48,122 nt of DNA from Promethearchaeia archaeon (GTDB lineage Archaea; Asgardarchaeota; Lokiarchaeia; Sigyniarchaeales; SOKP01). The stretch's first letter is position 1; each line of letters begins with the position of its first letter. Below the pieces are notes generated by a model. The model was not told the DNA's origin. It was given only the letters and a program-made list of their open reading frames with translations, and ran no database searches. Shown here piece by piece: positions 1 through 11,078 of this stretch. The DNA is taken from assembly GCA_029856105.1 (NCBI GenBank), contig JAHQWH010000045.1:1-48122 (forward strand). Reading direction: 5' to 3'. Made by a program: the position numbers and the translations under genes.

Positions 1-102
1 TAGGTGGTAAAGCCATAATAATTGCTAAAGGAAGATTATTGTAAATCCTACTTACTGGACAGTTAGGAATAAAAAAAAATAAAAGAGAAGTTAAGTATTA
101 AA

Positions 103-1491
103 TTATAAATTCAGTTCTTTTATTATCTTTTGATTCTCGGCAACTTTTTCCGGGGTTAAATCGTACCACTTCCAAAATACGAATGTACCAATCAAAATAC
201 ATATCATCGGCACTACAGCTAAATGTATGTGAATACCGAATTTCGCAGCATCACTATATGGATCAACAGCAAAGTTGGTAAAGACATGGGCTAATGTGAA
301 ACTTAGAGCTTGGAAAAAAATTGCTAAGCGTCCAAAAAATTGTTGAAATCCAGCATAAACGCCCTCTTGTCGTCTTTTGAGCACAACTATAGATTCGTCT
401 ACAACATCGGCTAATACAGGGGCAATCATAGCCCAATAACCACCAATTGATAAACCCCAAATTACCATAGCAATAATTATAATCAATAATTCTTCGAGAA
501 ATATTAAAGGTATTGTAAAAATGCACATTAATAAACCACAGTACACCATAATTTTTTTGTTATTGTTTGTCTTGTGAGCCGCCATGACCCAAAACGGCGT
601 TGAAATTATAGCACCTATAAGAAAACCGGCAAAAATTGGAGTGGTTGCTTTTTCGCCCACGCCTAATACATTATCTACTAAATACGGAACTGAAGCGGTC
701 ATTGATTGTACCAACGTACGATATAAGGTGTACGAAACAATAAAAGCAACAAAACTCCTTTGTTTCAAAGCAGCGCCCAATGATTTAAAAAACGGAGGTC
801 CTTTTTCTCGAGTTTCATATGTTTCTAAATACTGATCAACTGCGTCTTGATCGTCTCTTACGCCCGGGATTGCCAAACCTATAGCTATCAATCCAACGAT
901 AATAACAGCTCCCCCTTGAACTACGTAAGTTGAAGGGAATCCTTGTGTAAAAAAATAAGGAGGTAAAATCGCACCGAGAGCAACGCCTACAAGTCCTACG
1001 GGTATTTGTAACCCCGTAGCAGTTCTCCGTTCCTTAACTGAACGAAATTTATCGGGGAACAGAGCTGAAAAGTTTACCCAGAAGATTGAATTAAATGTAT
1101 CAAATAAACACGTTGTAAAAACTAGCCACAAAAACAGTATCCAAGCACCTGTTTCGGGATTTACCGGAGGTGGCGTAAAAATAAGTATATAACTGAAAAT
1201 AAAGGGAACTGCTCCCATTAGAATCCAAGGAAATCTACGCCCCCATTTTTTCGTAAACTTAAAGGGTCTGTTAGTTAAATAGCCAACGAGAGGGTCGTTA
1301 ATTGCGTTGTAAACAGCAAATATAAAGAATCCTAAACCTACTAACACCACATTTAAGCCAAGTTCTATCTCGTAAAAATAAAAAGCCCAAGTGCCAAATG
1401 CCATCGCTAAAAATTCGTTCATAAAGTTTCCGAAGCCATAAGAAGCCATGTTTTTTTTTGAATGTCTTACTTCACCTATTTCTTTTGACAA
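103..1491 (-). CDS. MFS transporter, GPH (Na+/melibiose symporter-like) family
   Basis: About 12 hydrophobic segments; motifs AINDPLVGYLT, WGRRFPWIL, RQEGVYAG typical of GPH/MFS_2; TTG start with GGTGA RBS. Confidence 0.9.
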   Translation of the reverse strand: MSKEIGEVRHSKKNMASYGFGNFMNEFLAMAFGTWAFYFYEIELGLNVVLVGLGFFIFAVYNAINDPLVGYLTNRPFKFTKKWGRRFPWILMGAVPFIFSYILIFTPPPVNPETGAWILFLWLVFTTCLFDTFNSIFWVNFSALFPDKFRSVKERRTATGLQIPVGLVGVALGAILPPYFFTQGFPSTYVVQGGAVIIVGLIAIGLAIPGVRDDQDAVDQYLETYETREKGPPFFKSLGAALKQRSFVAFIVSYTLYRTLVQSMTASVPYLVDNVLGVGEKATTPIFAGFLIGAIISTPFWVMAAHKTNNNKKIMVYCGLLMCIFTIPLIFLEELLIIIIAMVIWGLSIGGYWAMIAPVLADVVDESIVVLKRRQEGVYAGFQQFFGRLAIFFQALSFTLAHVFTNFAVDPYSDAAKFGIHIHLAVVPMICILIGTFVFWKWYDLTPEKVAENQKIIKELNL

Positions 1492-1658
1492 ATATAATCA
1501 CCTAATTTATTATTAAATTATTTTTGTTATTCTTAATATTCGTCAGTGTCCTTTTTAAAATTATAGCTTTATTTCGACTTTTTTTTATTTAATTTGATAA
1601 TTTTTAATTGAAATAATAGTTCAATAGCTATAATTCAAATAAAAAAGATTCCTGAAAT

Positions 1659-2447
1659 TTATTCGTATTTTAAAATGAATTCAGAAATCGGCTCAAAGTA
1701 TTCTTCCTTAAATGAAAGGATAGTATTATGCCCAGCACCCTCTATTAATATTAGTTTTTTGTCTATATTATCTGGAAGGGTTTTATATAACAATTCTGCC
1801 TCCGTGTAAGGGATAATCCAATCATTTTTTCCGTGAATGATTAGTGTAGGTTTTTTAAATTTTTTTACCCTCGTATCGTTTGAATATTCTTCTAACGAAT
1901 CAGAAGTTAAATACGGGCTACTTATTCGAAATAAATTCGTCATCATATTGTAAACGCTAGCGAATCCACTTTCAAATATTATTCCGCTTAAGTCATCAGG
2001 ATTGTGTGAGCCTATTTCTGCCGCACATATGCTTCCAAGAGACCTTCCTAGAATAAAGAGAGAATTTAATAATCCTTTTTGGTTCATCCATTCTCTAAAT
2101 GAAGTGTAAATCGGCATAGCATCAGATATTAAACTAGTATAATAAGGTTCGCCTGAGCTGAAACCATATCCGCGAAAATCAACGACAGCTAAATTCACGT
2201 TACTTTCAAAAAACACTGGAGCGATATATTGATAATCTAAAGCGATTTCGCCATTTCCATGAAATAATAAAATTGTTGGATAATTAACATCGTTTTTATA
2301 AAAAAATCCTCCAATTTCTACACCATTACCAATATTTAGCTTGAGAATATCTGTGTTTGGGTTTAAATCGTTAGGTATTGCTATTTTCCGAGGATAAAAA
2401 ACGATATTTGAAACTGCTGGACTATCTATTATTAATTTTATTTCCAT
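1659..2447 (-). CDS. alpha/beta-fold hydrolase (ABHD13/BEM46-like)
   Basis: LLFHGNGE, DFRGYGFS, nucleophile GRSLGS, IIHGKND, GAGHN. Confidence 0.9.
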   Translation of the reverse strand: MEIKLIIDSPAVSNIVFYPRKIAIPNDLNPNTDILKLNIGNGVEIGGFFYKNDVNYPTILLFHGNGEIALDYQYIAPVFFESNVNLAVVDFRGYGFSSGEPYYTSLISDAMPIYTSFREWMNQKGLLNSLFILGRSLGSICAAEIGSHNPDDLSGIIFESGFASVYNMMTNLFRISSPYLTSDSLEEYSNDTRVKKFKKPTLIIHGKNDWIIPYTEAELLYKTLPDNIDKKLILIEGAGHNTILSFKEEYFEPISEFILKYE

Positions 2448-2520
2448 TTTACATCTTTTTATTCGATTCTATTTAATATAAAGTAATTAATCCTTAATTT
2501 AGAAATCTCTTATTATAAAA

Positions 2521-3123
2521 TCAATCCAATTTAGTTTCACAAAATTCATAAAAATTTACAGTTTTTAAATTATCAACGCCACAGTTAGGACAAAAAAATT
2601 TTTGTAATAACCTTCTAAGGTCAGTTTCTTGGTATTGAGGATTTAGATGATATGATACTTCTTTGAAATATGGATGATGTAAAAATTGATATGGATGCAC
2701 AATTTGACTAGGATCTAATGGTTGAAAATTAGATTGTTGATATTCTGAAGATTGAAATTGCTGTGATAAGATTATCTCTCTCTCACTCTCTTTTTGAATT
2801 AGCCAAGCTTTATATTTAGGCGTAAATTTCTTTTTTTTTATTGACTTATAACCAGTTTCATAATCAAATCCTTCTTGTTTTTTAATTGTATTAAGAGAAT
2901 TATATCTTTTATTGATTTTTCGTTGTTGAATGACTATATAACCAATTATTACGCACCCTATAATTACTGAGGATATAAACCAATAATAATTAGCAATAAT
3001 AAATGTTATAGCAATCATTGCAATAACAAACACACTAATACAATAAAAGCATAAAGTTTTAGATTTTATACTGTACTTTATAAGACCCATCCACTCTTTA
3101 TTCTTAAATTTAATAAAAAGCAA
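2521..3123 (-). CDS. hypothetical membrane protein with degenerate C-terminal zinc-ribbon
   Basis: Two N-terminal TM helices, Gln-rich linker, C-terminal FCPNCG...FYEFCETKL. Confidence 0.6.
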   Translation of the reverse strand: MLFIKFKNKEWMGLIKYSIKSKTLCFYCISVFVIAMIAITFIIANYYWFISSVIIGCVIIGYIVIQQRKINKRYNSLNTIKKQEGFDYETGYKSIKKKKFTPKYKAWLIQKESEREIILSQQFQSSEYQQSNFQPLDPSQIVHPYQFLHHPYFKEVSYHLNPQYQETDLRRLLQKFFCPNCGVDNLKTVNFYEFCETKLD

Positions 3124-3275
3124 TTATATTTTGATTTAAAAATATCATTGTATTCTATTAAATTCTTCTGACAATTTTATAGAAAAACAATGCTTAAAAC
3201 TAATAAAAAAGCTTAATTATGTATTTTATTATTAATTAAACATATAAATTTTAAATAAAATACGAGTGAAAAGTT

Positions 3276-3947
3276 ATTTTAGATAATAGTGAGATCTTAT
3301 TCGACAAGCTCAATAGACAACCGCTAATTTTATGCGCGATATTAGTTCCACTTTTATCTATATTAATTCCTATTATCTTGTATTTTATAAACGATCCCTC
3401 TTTTAGCTTTGTCACGCATTACTTAAGTGATCTAGGTGCAGGACCTAATGGGGTTGGTTTAGTATTTAGCGTAGGAATGATATTAACTAGTATTGTCATG
3501 ATATTTTTCTTTCTACATTTAGGCACTTATTTGACTAATAAAAAGGGAAACAAATATATCATTCTATTTGCGTTGGTCTCAGGCTTAATTTCCTCGGTTG
3601 GAACATTCTTTGTGGGAATTTTTCCAATAAACATTTACTTAGACTTGCACAATTTTTCTGCGAGTTTTTTCTTTCTTGGAGGATTCTCTTACTGTCTATT
3701 TTTTGCGATCTCTGAACTAACTACTCCTGGAATTTCTAAATATCAAGCGTTATATGGATTTGTTGTTTGTTTCTTTTTCTTTATGTTTATTTTCTATAGC
3801 TCTATAAATTATTATAGCCCTGAACTCTGCGTGTTAGAATCTTATATCTCGGAATGGATACTATTTTTAGTGCTAACTTCATGGATTATTGAACATGAGA
3901 TACACATCTTGAGGGCTGAAAAAAAATATAACAGCCTTAGTTTATAA
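3276..3947 (+). CDS. DUF998-family membrane protein (start probably ATT at 3276 rather than TTG 3378)
   Basis: [12 protein letters not shown] and GIFP...H motifs; the frame stays open upstream of 3378 and encodes an extra TM helix, preceded by a GAGTGA RBS. Confidence 0.75.
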   Translation: MLDNSEILFDKLNRQPLILCAILVPLLSILIPIILYFINDPSFSFVTHYLSDLGAGPNGVGLVFSVGMILTSIVMIFFFLHLGTYLTNKKGNKYIILFALVSGLISSVGTFFVGIFPINIYLDLHNFSASFFFLGGFSYCLFFAISELTTPGISKYQALYGFVVCFFFFMFIFYSSINYYSPELCVLESYISEWILFLVLTSWIIEHEIHILRAEKKYNSLSL

Positions 3948-4697
3948 GGCTTTTCCTTGATTTGCTACGGCTTCCATCGCTTCTTTAATTTCTTCTGCAT
4001 CTCCCAAATAATAATGCTTTAAGGGTTTTAAGTCGTTGTCTAACTCGTAAATTAACGGGATTCCTGTTGGAATGTTTAATTTTAATATTTCCTCTTCAGA
4101 GACATTATCCAAATATTGGACAAGAGCGCGTAAACTATTTCCGTGTGCCGAAATCAGAACGCTTTTCCCTTTCTTAATTGTAGGGGCGATTGTTTCGTGC
4201 CAATATGGTAAGAATCGATCGACAGTATCTTTTAAACATTCTGTTAAAGGAATATCTTCAGAATTTAAGCCCTTATATTTTGGGTCGGTTCCAGGATATC
4301 TTGGATCCGATGATTTAAGAGCAGGTGGGGGAATATCATAACTTCTTCTCCAAATAAGGACTTGTTCTTCCCCAATTTCTTTCGCCATTTTTGCCTTGTA
4401 ATAACCTTGTAAAGCCCCATAATGCCGTTCATTCAATCTCCACGATCTGTAAACGGGTATCCACATTAAATCCATTACATCTAATACGATCCACAGAGTT
4501 CTTATACCGCGTTTCAGAACAGAAGTAAAAGCGAGATCGAATGTATATCCTTCTTCTTTTAACAATTGTCCCGCTTTCTTTGCTTCCTCAATACCTTTTT
4601 TTGAAAGATCAACATCCGTCCAACCAGTAAATCTATTCTCTTTGTTCCAGATGCTTTCTCCGTGGCGTAAAAGTACTAATTTCGTCATAATAATCAC
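3942..4697 (-). CDS. gpmA: 2,3-bisphosphoglycerate-dependent phosphoglycerate mutase
   Basis: [59 protein letters not shown]. Confidence 0.97.
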   Translation of the reverse strand: MIIMTKLVLLRHGESIWNKENRFTGWTDVDLSKKGIEEAKKAGQLLKEEGYTFDLAFTSVLKRGIRTLWIVLDVMDLMWIPVYRSWRLNERHYGALQGYYKAKMAKEIGEEQVLIWRRSYDIPPPALKSSDPRYPGTDPKYKGLNSEDIPLTECLKDTVDRFLPYWHETIAPTIKKGKSVLISAHGNSLRALVQYLDNVSEEEILKLNIPTGIPLIYELDNDLKPLKHYYLGDAEEIKEAMEAVANQGKAL

Positions 4698-4806
4698 TTT
4701 TTTTAGAAATATTTTGAATATTTAAGTTATCTATACTATTTATAATTATAAATATTTACCAATTTACTCGTAATTTTAATATAAGAAGACTATACTTTTA
4801 GGTGTT

Positions 4807-5478
4807 TTGTTAGTGAATAAAAGAGGAATTTTAAAAGGAGCAAATCGTAAAGAAGCAACTTGGAAAAAAACTAAGCTTGGCGAACCGTTTAAAGAAGCTC
4901 TAGATCGGTTCAGAAACGATGTTTTAGATCGAAACGATTTTGATGCAACTTCTCTTTTGCAATTTGGATTATTTATGTCTATGGCCGTTATTAACATTTT
5001 AAAAGAAAGCGAAAAAAAGTTAGGGGAAGAAGGTCAAAAAGTAGTAATTGACGCATTAATTAAAACGGGTTATAGTATGGGCAACCAAATTTTAGAAAAT
5101 ATTAAATTACCAACTGAAATTTCTGACATTGAACTAATGAGTTTTTTAGCAACCATCATCAACACGCAAGCTTGGACTTCCATTGAGGACCCACATATCG
5201 ATAAAGAGGATCAATGCTCTTTCGATATAATTTGGTGTCCATTGCAGGATGTTTACAAAGCGTTCGATTGCAGAGTACAAAGATATTTAGTCCAAGGAAT
5301 AATGAATGCATTTAGAGATTCCGGTATTTTAAAATCCGATTATCAAATAGAATTCAAATCAACGATTCCTGCTGGAGCAAATACTTGCTATTTTGTTATT
5401 ACTAAGAAGAAACCAGATGAACAAGATAAATGGGAAGCCTATTCTAAGGATTTAGAGAAAAAGGCTTTAGAAAAATAA
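4807..5478 (+). CDS. V4R / L-2-amino-thiazoline-4-carboxylic acid hydrolase-like protein
   Basis: Cys pattern WCP...DCR...IPAGANTCYF. Confidence 0.55.
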   Translation: MLVNKRGILKGANRKEATWKKTKLGEPFKEALDRFRNDVLDRNDFDATSLLQFGLFMSMAVINILKESEKKLGEEGQKVVIDALIKTGYSMGNQILENIKLPTEISDIELMSFLATIINTQAWTSIEDPHIDKEDQCSFDIIWCPLQDVYKAFDCRVQRYLVQGIMNAFRDSGILKSDYQIEFKSTIPAGANTCYFVITKKKPDEQDKWEAYSKDLEKKALEK

Positions 5479-5592
5479 TAGTCTAAAAAATATTTAAATA
5501 TCAAAAAAATCAAATAATTTATAGTTTAAACTTATATAACAAAAAAAAGTATTAAGAATTATCAAACTAAAAAATAACTAGCATAAACTCGA

Positions 5593-6324
5593 TTGAAACG
5601 ATATATAAAATTATTGATTAAAATGAAAAATAATAGAATCTATTGGTTGAGCGCCTTATGTTTTTTAATATTTTTCATTAATTTTCCTATAAACTCGTTT
5701 GGTAACACAGTATTAGGCGAATCTGTGTTTCCTGCCGAAATAAACGACAGATTCATCTGGGATTCTGTAAATGCTACCGAATCGTGGTATACTGAAGTTG
5801 ATTATATTCGATTCACTGCTACAAATATTTATAATGAGACTAATAACGATAAAAATTATCTATTCGTAAATTATACGCTTGAATATTATCATAGAATTTC
5901 TTGGGTGCCAGAACACATTAACTCGTTTTATATGGCTTATAATAAAACTTTAGACTTTTTAAATTGGTCAGTAGAAGGGTTTCAACATGGAGATCTATTC
6001 TTGTTTCCAACTCCCGTTAACTATTCCTTAATTGGAGAGGCAATAGAAATAGCCGGATCTCTTAACTATTCAATTTCGGGAGAAAAGCTCATTTTAGACT
6101 ACGGAAACACCACTACTATTGAATTAACTATAGATCCTTCTGGAATTTCTACGATAATAGAAAGAATTACGAACGGTACCACAATATATCGTTGGGAACT
6201 AAATACAGATGAAATTATTATTAAGGTTCCTTTTGGAAATTATTATTTAATCGTTATGATAATTAGCGTAATTTCTCTCGTAATCGTAAAAAAAAAAAAG
6301 TTATCGATGGCTTTCAAACATTAA
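5593..6324 (+). CDS. secreted protein with C-terminal membrane anchor (start may be ATG 5623)
   Basis: N-terminal signal-like helix, many N-x-S/T sequons, VPFG + TM + poly-Lys tail. Confidence 0.7.
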   Translation: MKRYIKLLIKMKNNRIYWLSALCFLIFFINFPINSFGNTVLGESVFPAEINDRFIWDSVNATESWYTEVDYIRFTATNIYNETNNDKNYLFVNYTLEYYHRISWVPEHINSFYMAYNKTLDFLNWSVEGFQHGDLFLFPTPVNYSLIGEAIEIAGSLNYSISGEKLILDYGNTTTIELTIDPSGISTIIERITNGTTIYRWELNTDEIIIKVPFGNYYLIVMIISVISLVIVKKKKLSMAFKH

Positions 6325-6348
6325 TTTTTTATTTTGATTTATTTATCC

Positions 6349-7242
6349 TTAAGTACTTTCTATATCCCCTTTATATATATCAAATGGAACTCTTTCATTT
6401 GTGTCGACCATCCTTCTAAAAAATATTTTTTTGCTTTCCTCAATTGCTTTCTGGGTTGGCTGGTATTTTCTCGCGGGTTGACCAATGTATATGTAGTTAG
6501 GTTCTAATATTTGTCCTATGTGCGTTACTGCCCAGATTCCTAGAGTTGTTGCTTTTCCTACAATAGTTCCTGGTGCTACAATTGAATGCCCTCCTAAAAC
6601 AACATGGTCACCAATAATAACCTTTTTGATTAAAAGATGGTCGTTATTATCAATTCTAACGATCATACTAGACATAATAACCGCGCCTTGACCAACCATT
6701 ATGTTGTCCCCTAATTCAATAAATTCTGTATCCAACCACCCGTCAAAAAGAGTACTTTTAAAATCGGTACGAACGCCTAATAATTTAAAAGCAAGATTGG
6801 TAGCCCAAGGGAAGCAGAAATTATTCCAAATCCAAAATACAAACTTTTTAACAACAATTCGTAAACAAAAGTAGTAATAGTCTTTATTGCTTTTATCAAT
6901 TTTAAATAAACCTTCGCGTGGTTTGTGTAATAACTTCAACATAATCAAAAATATTTTTCCTAGTACAAGACTAATTAGCAAATACGCGCCCCACCACGCT
7001 AAAACATCAACAAAGATTATAAAAAGCCTCCAATGTAAATAGCTCGAATCCATAGCAATTGGAAAGAATGTTAAGATCATGACTAATGGCATAAGAATGG
7101 ATAATATATGTAAAATTATAAAAATTAAGGATGCAACAGGACACCAATGAAATGTATTTGTTGTTATAGGATATGACGCGATCGCAATTGACTCATCTTC
7201 TTTTTCTGATAAGTCGCGTTCTTTATTCTCCAGAATAATCAC
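6349..7242 (-). CDS. membrane protein with left-handed beta-helix (acyltransferase-like) domain
   Basis: Two TM helices followed by hexapeptide repeats (IELGDNIMVGQGAVI, IIGDHVVLGGHSIV) and YIGQPA. Confidence 0.8.
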   Translation of the reverse strand: MIILENKERDLSEKEDESIAIASYPITTNTFHWCPVASLIFIILHILSILMPLVMILTFFPIAMDSSYLHWRLFIIFVDVLAWWGAYLLISLVLGKIFLIMLKLLHKPREGLFKIDKSNKDYYYFCLRIVVKKFVFWIWNNFCFPWATNLAFKLLGVRTDFKSTLFDGWLDTEFIELGDNIMVGQGAVIMSSMIVRIDNNDHLLIKKVIIGDHVVLGGHSIVAPGTIVGKATTLGIWAVTHIGQILEPNYIYIGQPARKYQPTQKAIEESKKIFFRRMVDTNERVPFDIYKGDIEST

Positions 7243-8836
7243 CTCCTAAATAATCGATAATCTCTTCTTTTTTCATCCGTTTAGCTGGAAACCCATGGTA
7301 TATGCCATCGCCATCTAATTTATCATATTTAATCGTAGTACAACCAGGTAGAAATGTAGAACCCTCTCCAACTTCGGTACCGGGTAATCCTCCTGTTATA
7401 GAATTAAGTATAGATTTATCACCTATCTCTACTCCAACAAATATTAAGTTTTCCGCTCCATACACCCCATCAACTAAATGATTTGTAATATGCGATGAAG
7501 TACCTAAATAACAATTATCACCTAAATTTATGTGACTGTGGATAAAAGTCTCTTCTAACACCGTGCCCTTTCCAATTTTGTTAGATTTTATAAAATTCAA
7601 TTCCCAATTAACTAACCACGGGAATGGAGAACGTGAGAACGCAAAAACAGGGTATTTCATGAGGAATGACCTAAAATGATAATAATCAAGAGTAGTTGAT
7701 GACTCATCTAGATTTCTATCGAAAACGCCTTGAGAAGGACCTCTTTTATCTGCTAATTTATAGAACCATCTTGTAAATAATGCTACGAAAAATAAATGTA
7801 ATAAATAGCAAGATATAATTATTAATGGAGTTAAAAAGAATAGGCCATAGTTATATGGATTTAAAAAAATCTCGATATTAAAGGGTTGAGACAACAGACT
7901 CGGCGCTAAAAATCCAAACAAGAACAAATAAAAAATAAATCCAGGCAACAAAAAAGAAAATCCTATTATGATCGTGCCAGATATAATATAAAATTGAAAC
8001 GGAACTGATAAACTTGTTCCTTGTGCTGTTAAAAATGCTTCAGTTTGCGTGATAGATGTATCTTTTTCAAAAATGCTTTTTCCAATTACTTCTTTATTAG
8101 TAATAGCGCGAGTTTCTAACACTTTTTTAACAGGTTTACCGCGGTATATGGAATTACTATCTAAATGCTGATTTATTTTGGTTATAGAATTTGAATCAAG
8201 GATAGTGTTTGGTTCGATAATAGTGCCTGGTAATATAAGAGAATGGGCTCCGATAATTACATCGTCCTTTATAACTACTCGTTTAAAAATCAATCTATCT
8301 TTTACAATCAAATTCGACATAATCACAGTTCCTTGGCCAATTCTAACATTCTTCCCAAGCGTTATAAACTCGCAATCAACCCAACCATCGTGTAAAGCGT
8401 TTTTAAAACTAGTTTTTACCCCAAATATTTTATATGCTAACATTTCAAAAAAAGGAAGAGATAACTGTCTTGATAACCATATAGGCCACTTCTTTATTAC
8501 GGCTCTTAAACTCCAATAACAAAAATCTTTGTCATCTTTATTAAAATAAAATACGCCTTCTTGAGGTGGATGTATTAAATTAGTAATTAAAAGAAATATT
8601 TTTGATACTAGAATAGAACTGATGATTAAAATGAAAACTCCTACAAAGAAAATTAACGGAAAGAAAACATAAAATATTGTCCCCATCAGATAAAAATTAT
8701 TCCAATAAATCCAAAACCAAAAAATAAGTGGCTGAGAGCTCAGAACCATTATTAATAAGTAAATGACTATGTAATACTTTTTAGCTAGCGTATTTGTAGT
8801 TCTGGGGCCTTCTCTTAAAGAAGCTGGTATAGAAAT
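7223..8836 (-). CDS. membrane protein with two TM + left-handed beta-helix modules (start probably ATT 8836; first ATG 8749)
   Basis: Two repeats of TM pair + hexapeptide domain ending YRGKPV and YHGFPA; overlaps the paralogous downstream gene. Confidence 0.8.
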   Translation of the reverse strand: MSIPASLREGPRTTNTLAKKYYIVIYLLIMVLSSQPLIFWFWIYWNNFYLMGTIFYVFFPLIFFVGVFILIISSILVSKIFLLITNLIHPPQEGVFYFNKDDKDFCYWSLRAVIKKWPIWLSRQLSLPFFEMLAYKIFGVKTSFKNALHDGWVDCEFITLGKNVRIGQGTVIMSNLIVKDRLIFKRVVIKDDVIIGAHSLILPGTIIEPNTILDSNSITKINQHLDSNSIYRGKPVKKVLETRAITNKEVIGKSIFEKDTSITQTEAFLTAQGTSLSVPFQFYIISGTIIIGFSFLLPGFIFYLFLFGFLAPSLLSQPFNIEIFLNPYNYGLFFLTPLIIISCYLLHLFFVALFTRWFYKLADKRGPSQGVFDRNLDESSTTLDYYHFRSFLMKYPVFAFSRSPFPWLVNWELNFIKSNKIGKGTVLEETFIHSHINLGDNCYLGTSSHITNHLVDGVYGAENLIFVGVEIGDKSILNSITGGLPGTEVGEGSTFLPGCTTIKYDKLDGDGIYHGFPAKRMKKEEIIDYLGGDYSGE

Positions 8837-9026
8837 TTTTTATCCACTCTACTTTATCCACAACTATGGTGATATTATAATATAGTAAGAAATTATCATT
8901 TAAAACCATAGTATAACATATTATTTTAAATTTTCTCACCAAATTTCCTAAAGTTTTAGATATATTAAAAACTAAATCCAGTATTATTATTTCAATTTTA
9001 TATCGAAGAAAAAAGGATGAAATAGG

Positions 9027-10556
9027 TTGAGTGAAGAGTTTTTTTGGTGGACAGACCCACAAAAGGCGATTTATAAAGATGTTAGAGAGTTTGTAGAGGA
9101 AAATTTTGAAGAGGCAGAGAAATATTTCTGGAATACAAAATTTCCATGGCCGTTAGTTAAGAAAGTTGCTGATAAAGGTTATTTTGGAGTCGGAGTTCCA
9201 AAAGAATACGGTGGTTTAGAATTAGGTGCTACGGGAAGTTGTATCGTTGCAGAACAATTAGGCAGACTTTACGCTGTAGGTCATGTATTCACCGTAAGTA
9301 TTTTGGCTGGGTTGGAACAAATATTAAGGTTTGGTACTGAAGAGCAAAAACGAGCTTGGCTTCCCAAAATTGCGAGTGGTGAAGAATTGGGAGCTGTTTG
9401 CATTACAGAACCTTTTGCGGGATCTGACGCTGCTAATGTTTTTACTTCCGCTATTAAGGATGGAGACGAGTGGATATTAAACGGCAAAAAACGATTTATC
9501 ACTGGAGCAGGAGTCTCTGATAGATATTTTATTTACGCAAAAACAAGCGATGATCCAACTATACGGAAACAGTACGGCCATATAACCTCGTTTATGGTTG
9601 AGAAAGGTAGACCTGGATTTACTTTAGAAAAAATAAACCCCTTGATTGGATTTGATAACGTTCCAAACGGATATATCGATTTTGATCACGTTAGAATTCC
9701 TGACATTAATCGTATTGGTGCAGTTGGAAACGGTTGGAACGTGATGATGGCAGGTTTAAACTTCGAGCGACTAATTGGCGCTGCTGTTTTTGGTGGATTG
9801 TTTGAAGATGTAATAAATTTATTATTTCACTTTACTAAAAGACGAGTTCAATTTAGAAGAACAACTAATCAATTTCCAGGGATTCAGAACGAAATTGCTG
9901 AGATTATAAAGATATCAAAAGTATCGAGATTGTTTTCTTATCACTGCGCTAAGCTATTAGACGAGGGAAAGGAACCAATGGTAGAAGCGTCTATAGCAAA
10001 AATGATTAACACGGAAGCTGCGAGAGACATTGGACTTAAAGCCATTCAACTATTGGGAGGAGATGGCCTTACCAAGTTTTTACCTACTGAAAGAATCCTA
10101 CGCGAAGCTAAAATTGGAGAGATTGTTGCTGGAACTAACGAAGTTCAAAAAATGATTATATATAGGTTTTCTGCTATGCTCCCTATATATAATAAATCCA
10201 TGAGAATGAGGTGGAACGAGGAAATTAATGCCCCGATAATTTCGAACAAAGAATCTACATTCAAAGGAAACGAAGTAAACGAGGAAAACGTATTAAAAGT
10301 TATTTCTCACGATTATAAAATAAATCCAGGATTATACATGACTCCAGACGATGTACGAGAGGATATAGGAGGGGGGCGCTCAGAATTGAGAAAGATTTTT
10401 GAAAACCTAGAAAAACAGGGATTAATCGTCATTCATCGCGATCGTTCGGGAAAAGTAGCATTAGTTAAATCCACTTACGAAGGATTACAATTGGCCTTTC
10501 CAAAAGAGTATTACAAATGGTTTCCAGCGTGGTACGATAACGCCGATAAATTTTAA
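9027..10556 (+). CDS. acyl-CoA dehydrogenase with C-terminal extension
   Basis: VPKEYGG, ITEPFAGSD, LNGKKRFIT, RRVQF, QLLGGDG, EIVAGTNEVQK. Confidence 0.93.
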   Translation: MSEEFFWWTDPQKAIYKDVREFVEENFEEAEKYFWNTKFPWPLVKKVADKGYFGVGVPKEYGGLELGATGSCIVAEQLGRLYAVGHVFTVSILAGLEQILRFGTEEQKRAWLPKIASGEELGAVCITEPFAGSDAANVFTSAIKDGDEWILNGKKRFITGAGVSDRYFIYAKTSDDPTIRKQYGHITSFMVEKGRPGFTLEKINPLIGFDNVPNGYIDFDHVRIPDINRIGAVGNGWNVMMAGLNFERLIGAAVFGGLFEDVINLLFHFTKRRVQFRRTTNQFPGIQNEIAEIIKISKVSRLFSYHCAKLLDEGKEPMVEASIAKMINTEAARDIGLKAIQLLGGDGLTKFLPTERILREAKIGEIVAGTNEVQKMIIYRFSAMLPIYNKSMRMRWNEEINAPIISNKESTFKGNEVNEENVLKVISHDYKINPGLYMTPDDVREDIGGGRSELRKIFENLEKQGLIVIHRDRSGKVALVKSTYEGLQLAFPKEYYKWFPAWYDNADKF

Positions 10557-10586
10557 ATATATTCCTTATTTTTCTTTTTTAATTAA

Positions 10587-10937
10587 TTAATCTTTAATTT
10601 CAAAATCCTTAATTAAATCAACCTTGTTTTTGAGGTTTATAGTAATAGCTACTAGTTTTGTTTCTTCGTCTTCTATAAATTCAGGATCCAGCATTACAAA
10701 ATAAAAGATGTTTCCTTTCGTTTCAAAGCCCATTTCCATTTCACCACATTCTTCCGGTAGGATCTTTAAAATTTCATCGGACGCATGCTTTTTCAATTCT
10801 TCAAATATTGAATTTTCGAGTTTTGATTGCTCTTTGCGAATTTCTTTTATTGTCGAAAAATCAAATTGACCCATGGATGCTCCAGCTTTATTATTTAACG
10901 CGTTCCATTCCTTAAACAGTTCGCTTAAACTTGACAT
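10587..10937 (-). CDS. hypothetical protein
   Basis: 116-aa ORF with typical composition, followed by a T-tract. Confidence 0.7.
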   Translation of the reverse strand: MSSLSELFKEWNALNNKAGASMGQFDFSTIKEIRKEQSKLENSIFEELKKHASDEILKILPEECGEMEMGFETKGNIFYFVMLDPEFIEDEETKLVAITINLKNKVDLIKDFEIKD

Positions 10938-11078
10938 AGTAAGAATAAGTCTCAGATTTAAAATAAATATTTTTATTATCCTAAAAATAATAATAAAAAA
11001 TAAAATTAAGAAAAAATACTTTAAGAATAGGTTTTAAATTCTTATTACAAACTCAATAAAATCAGGTTATTTTCAAAA

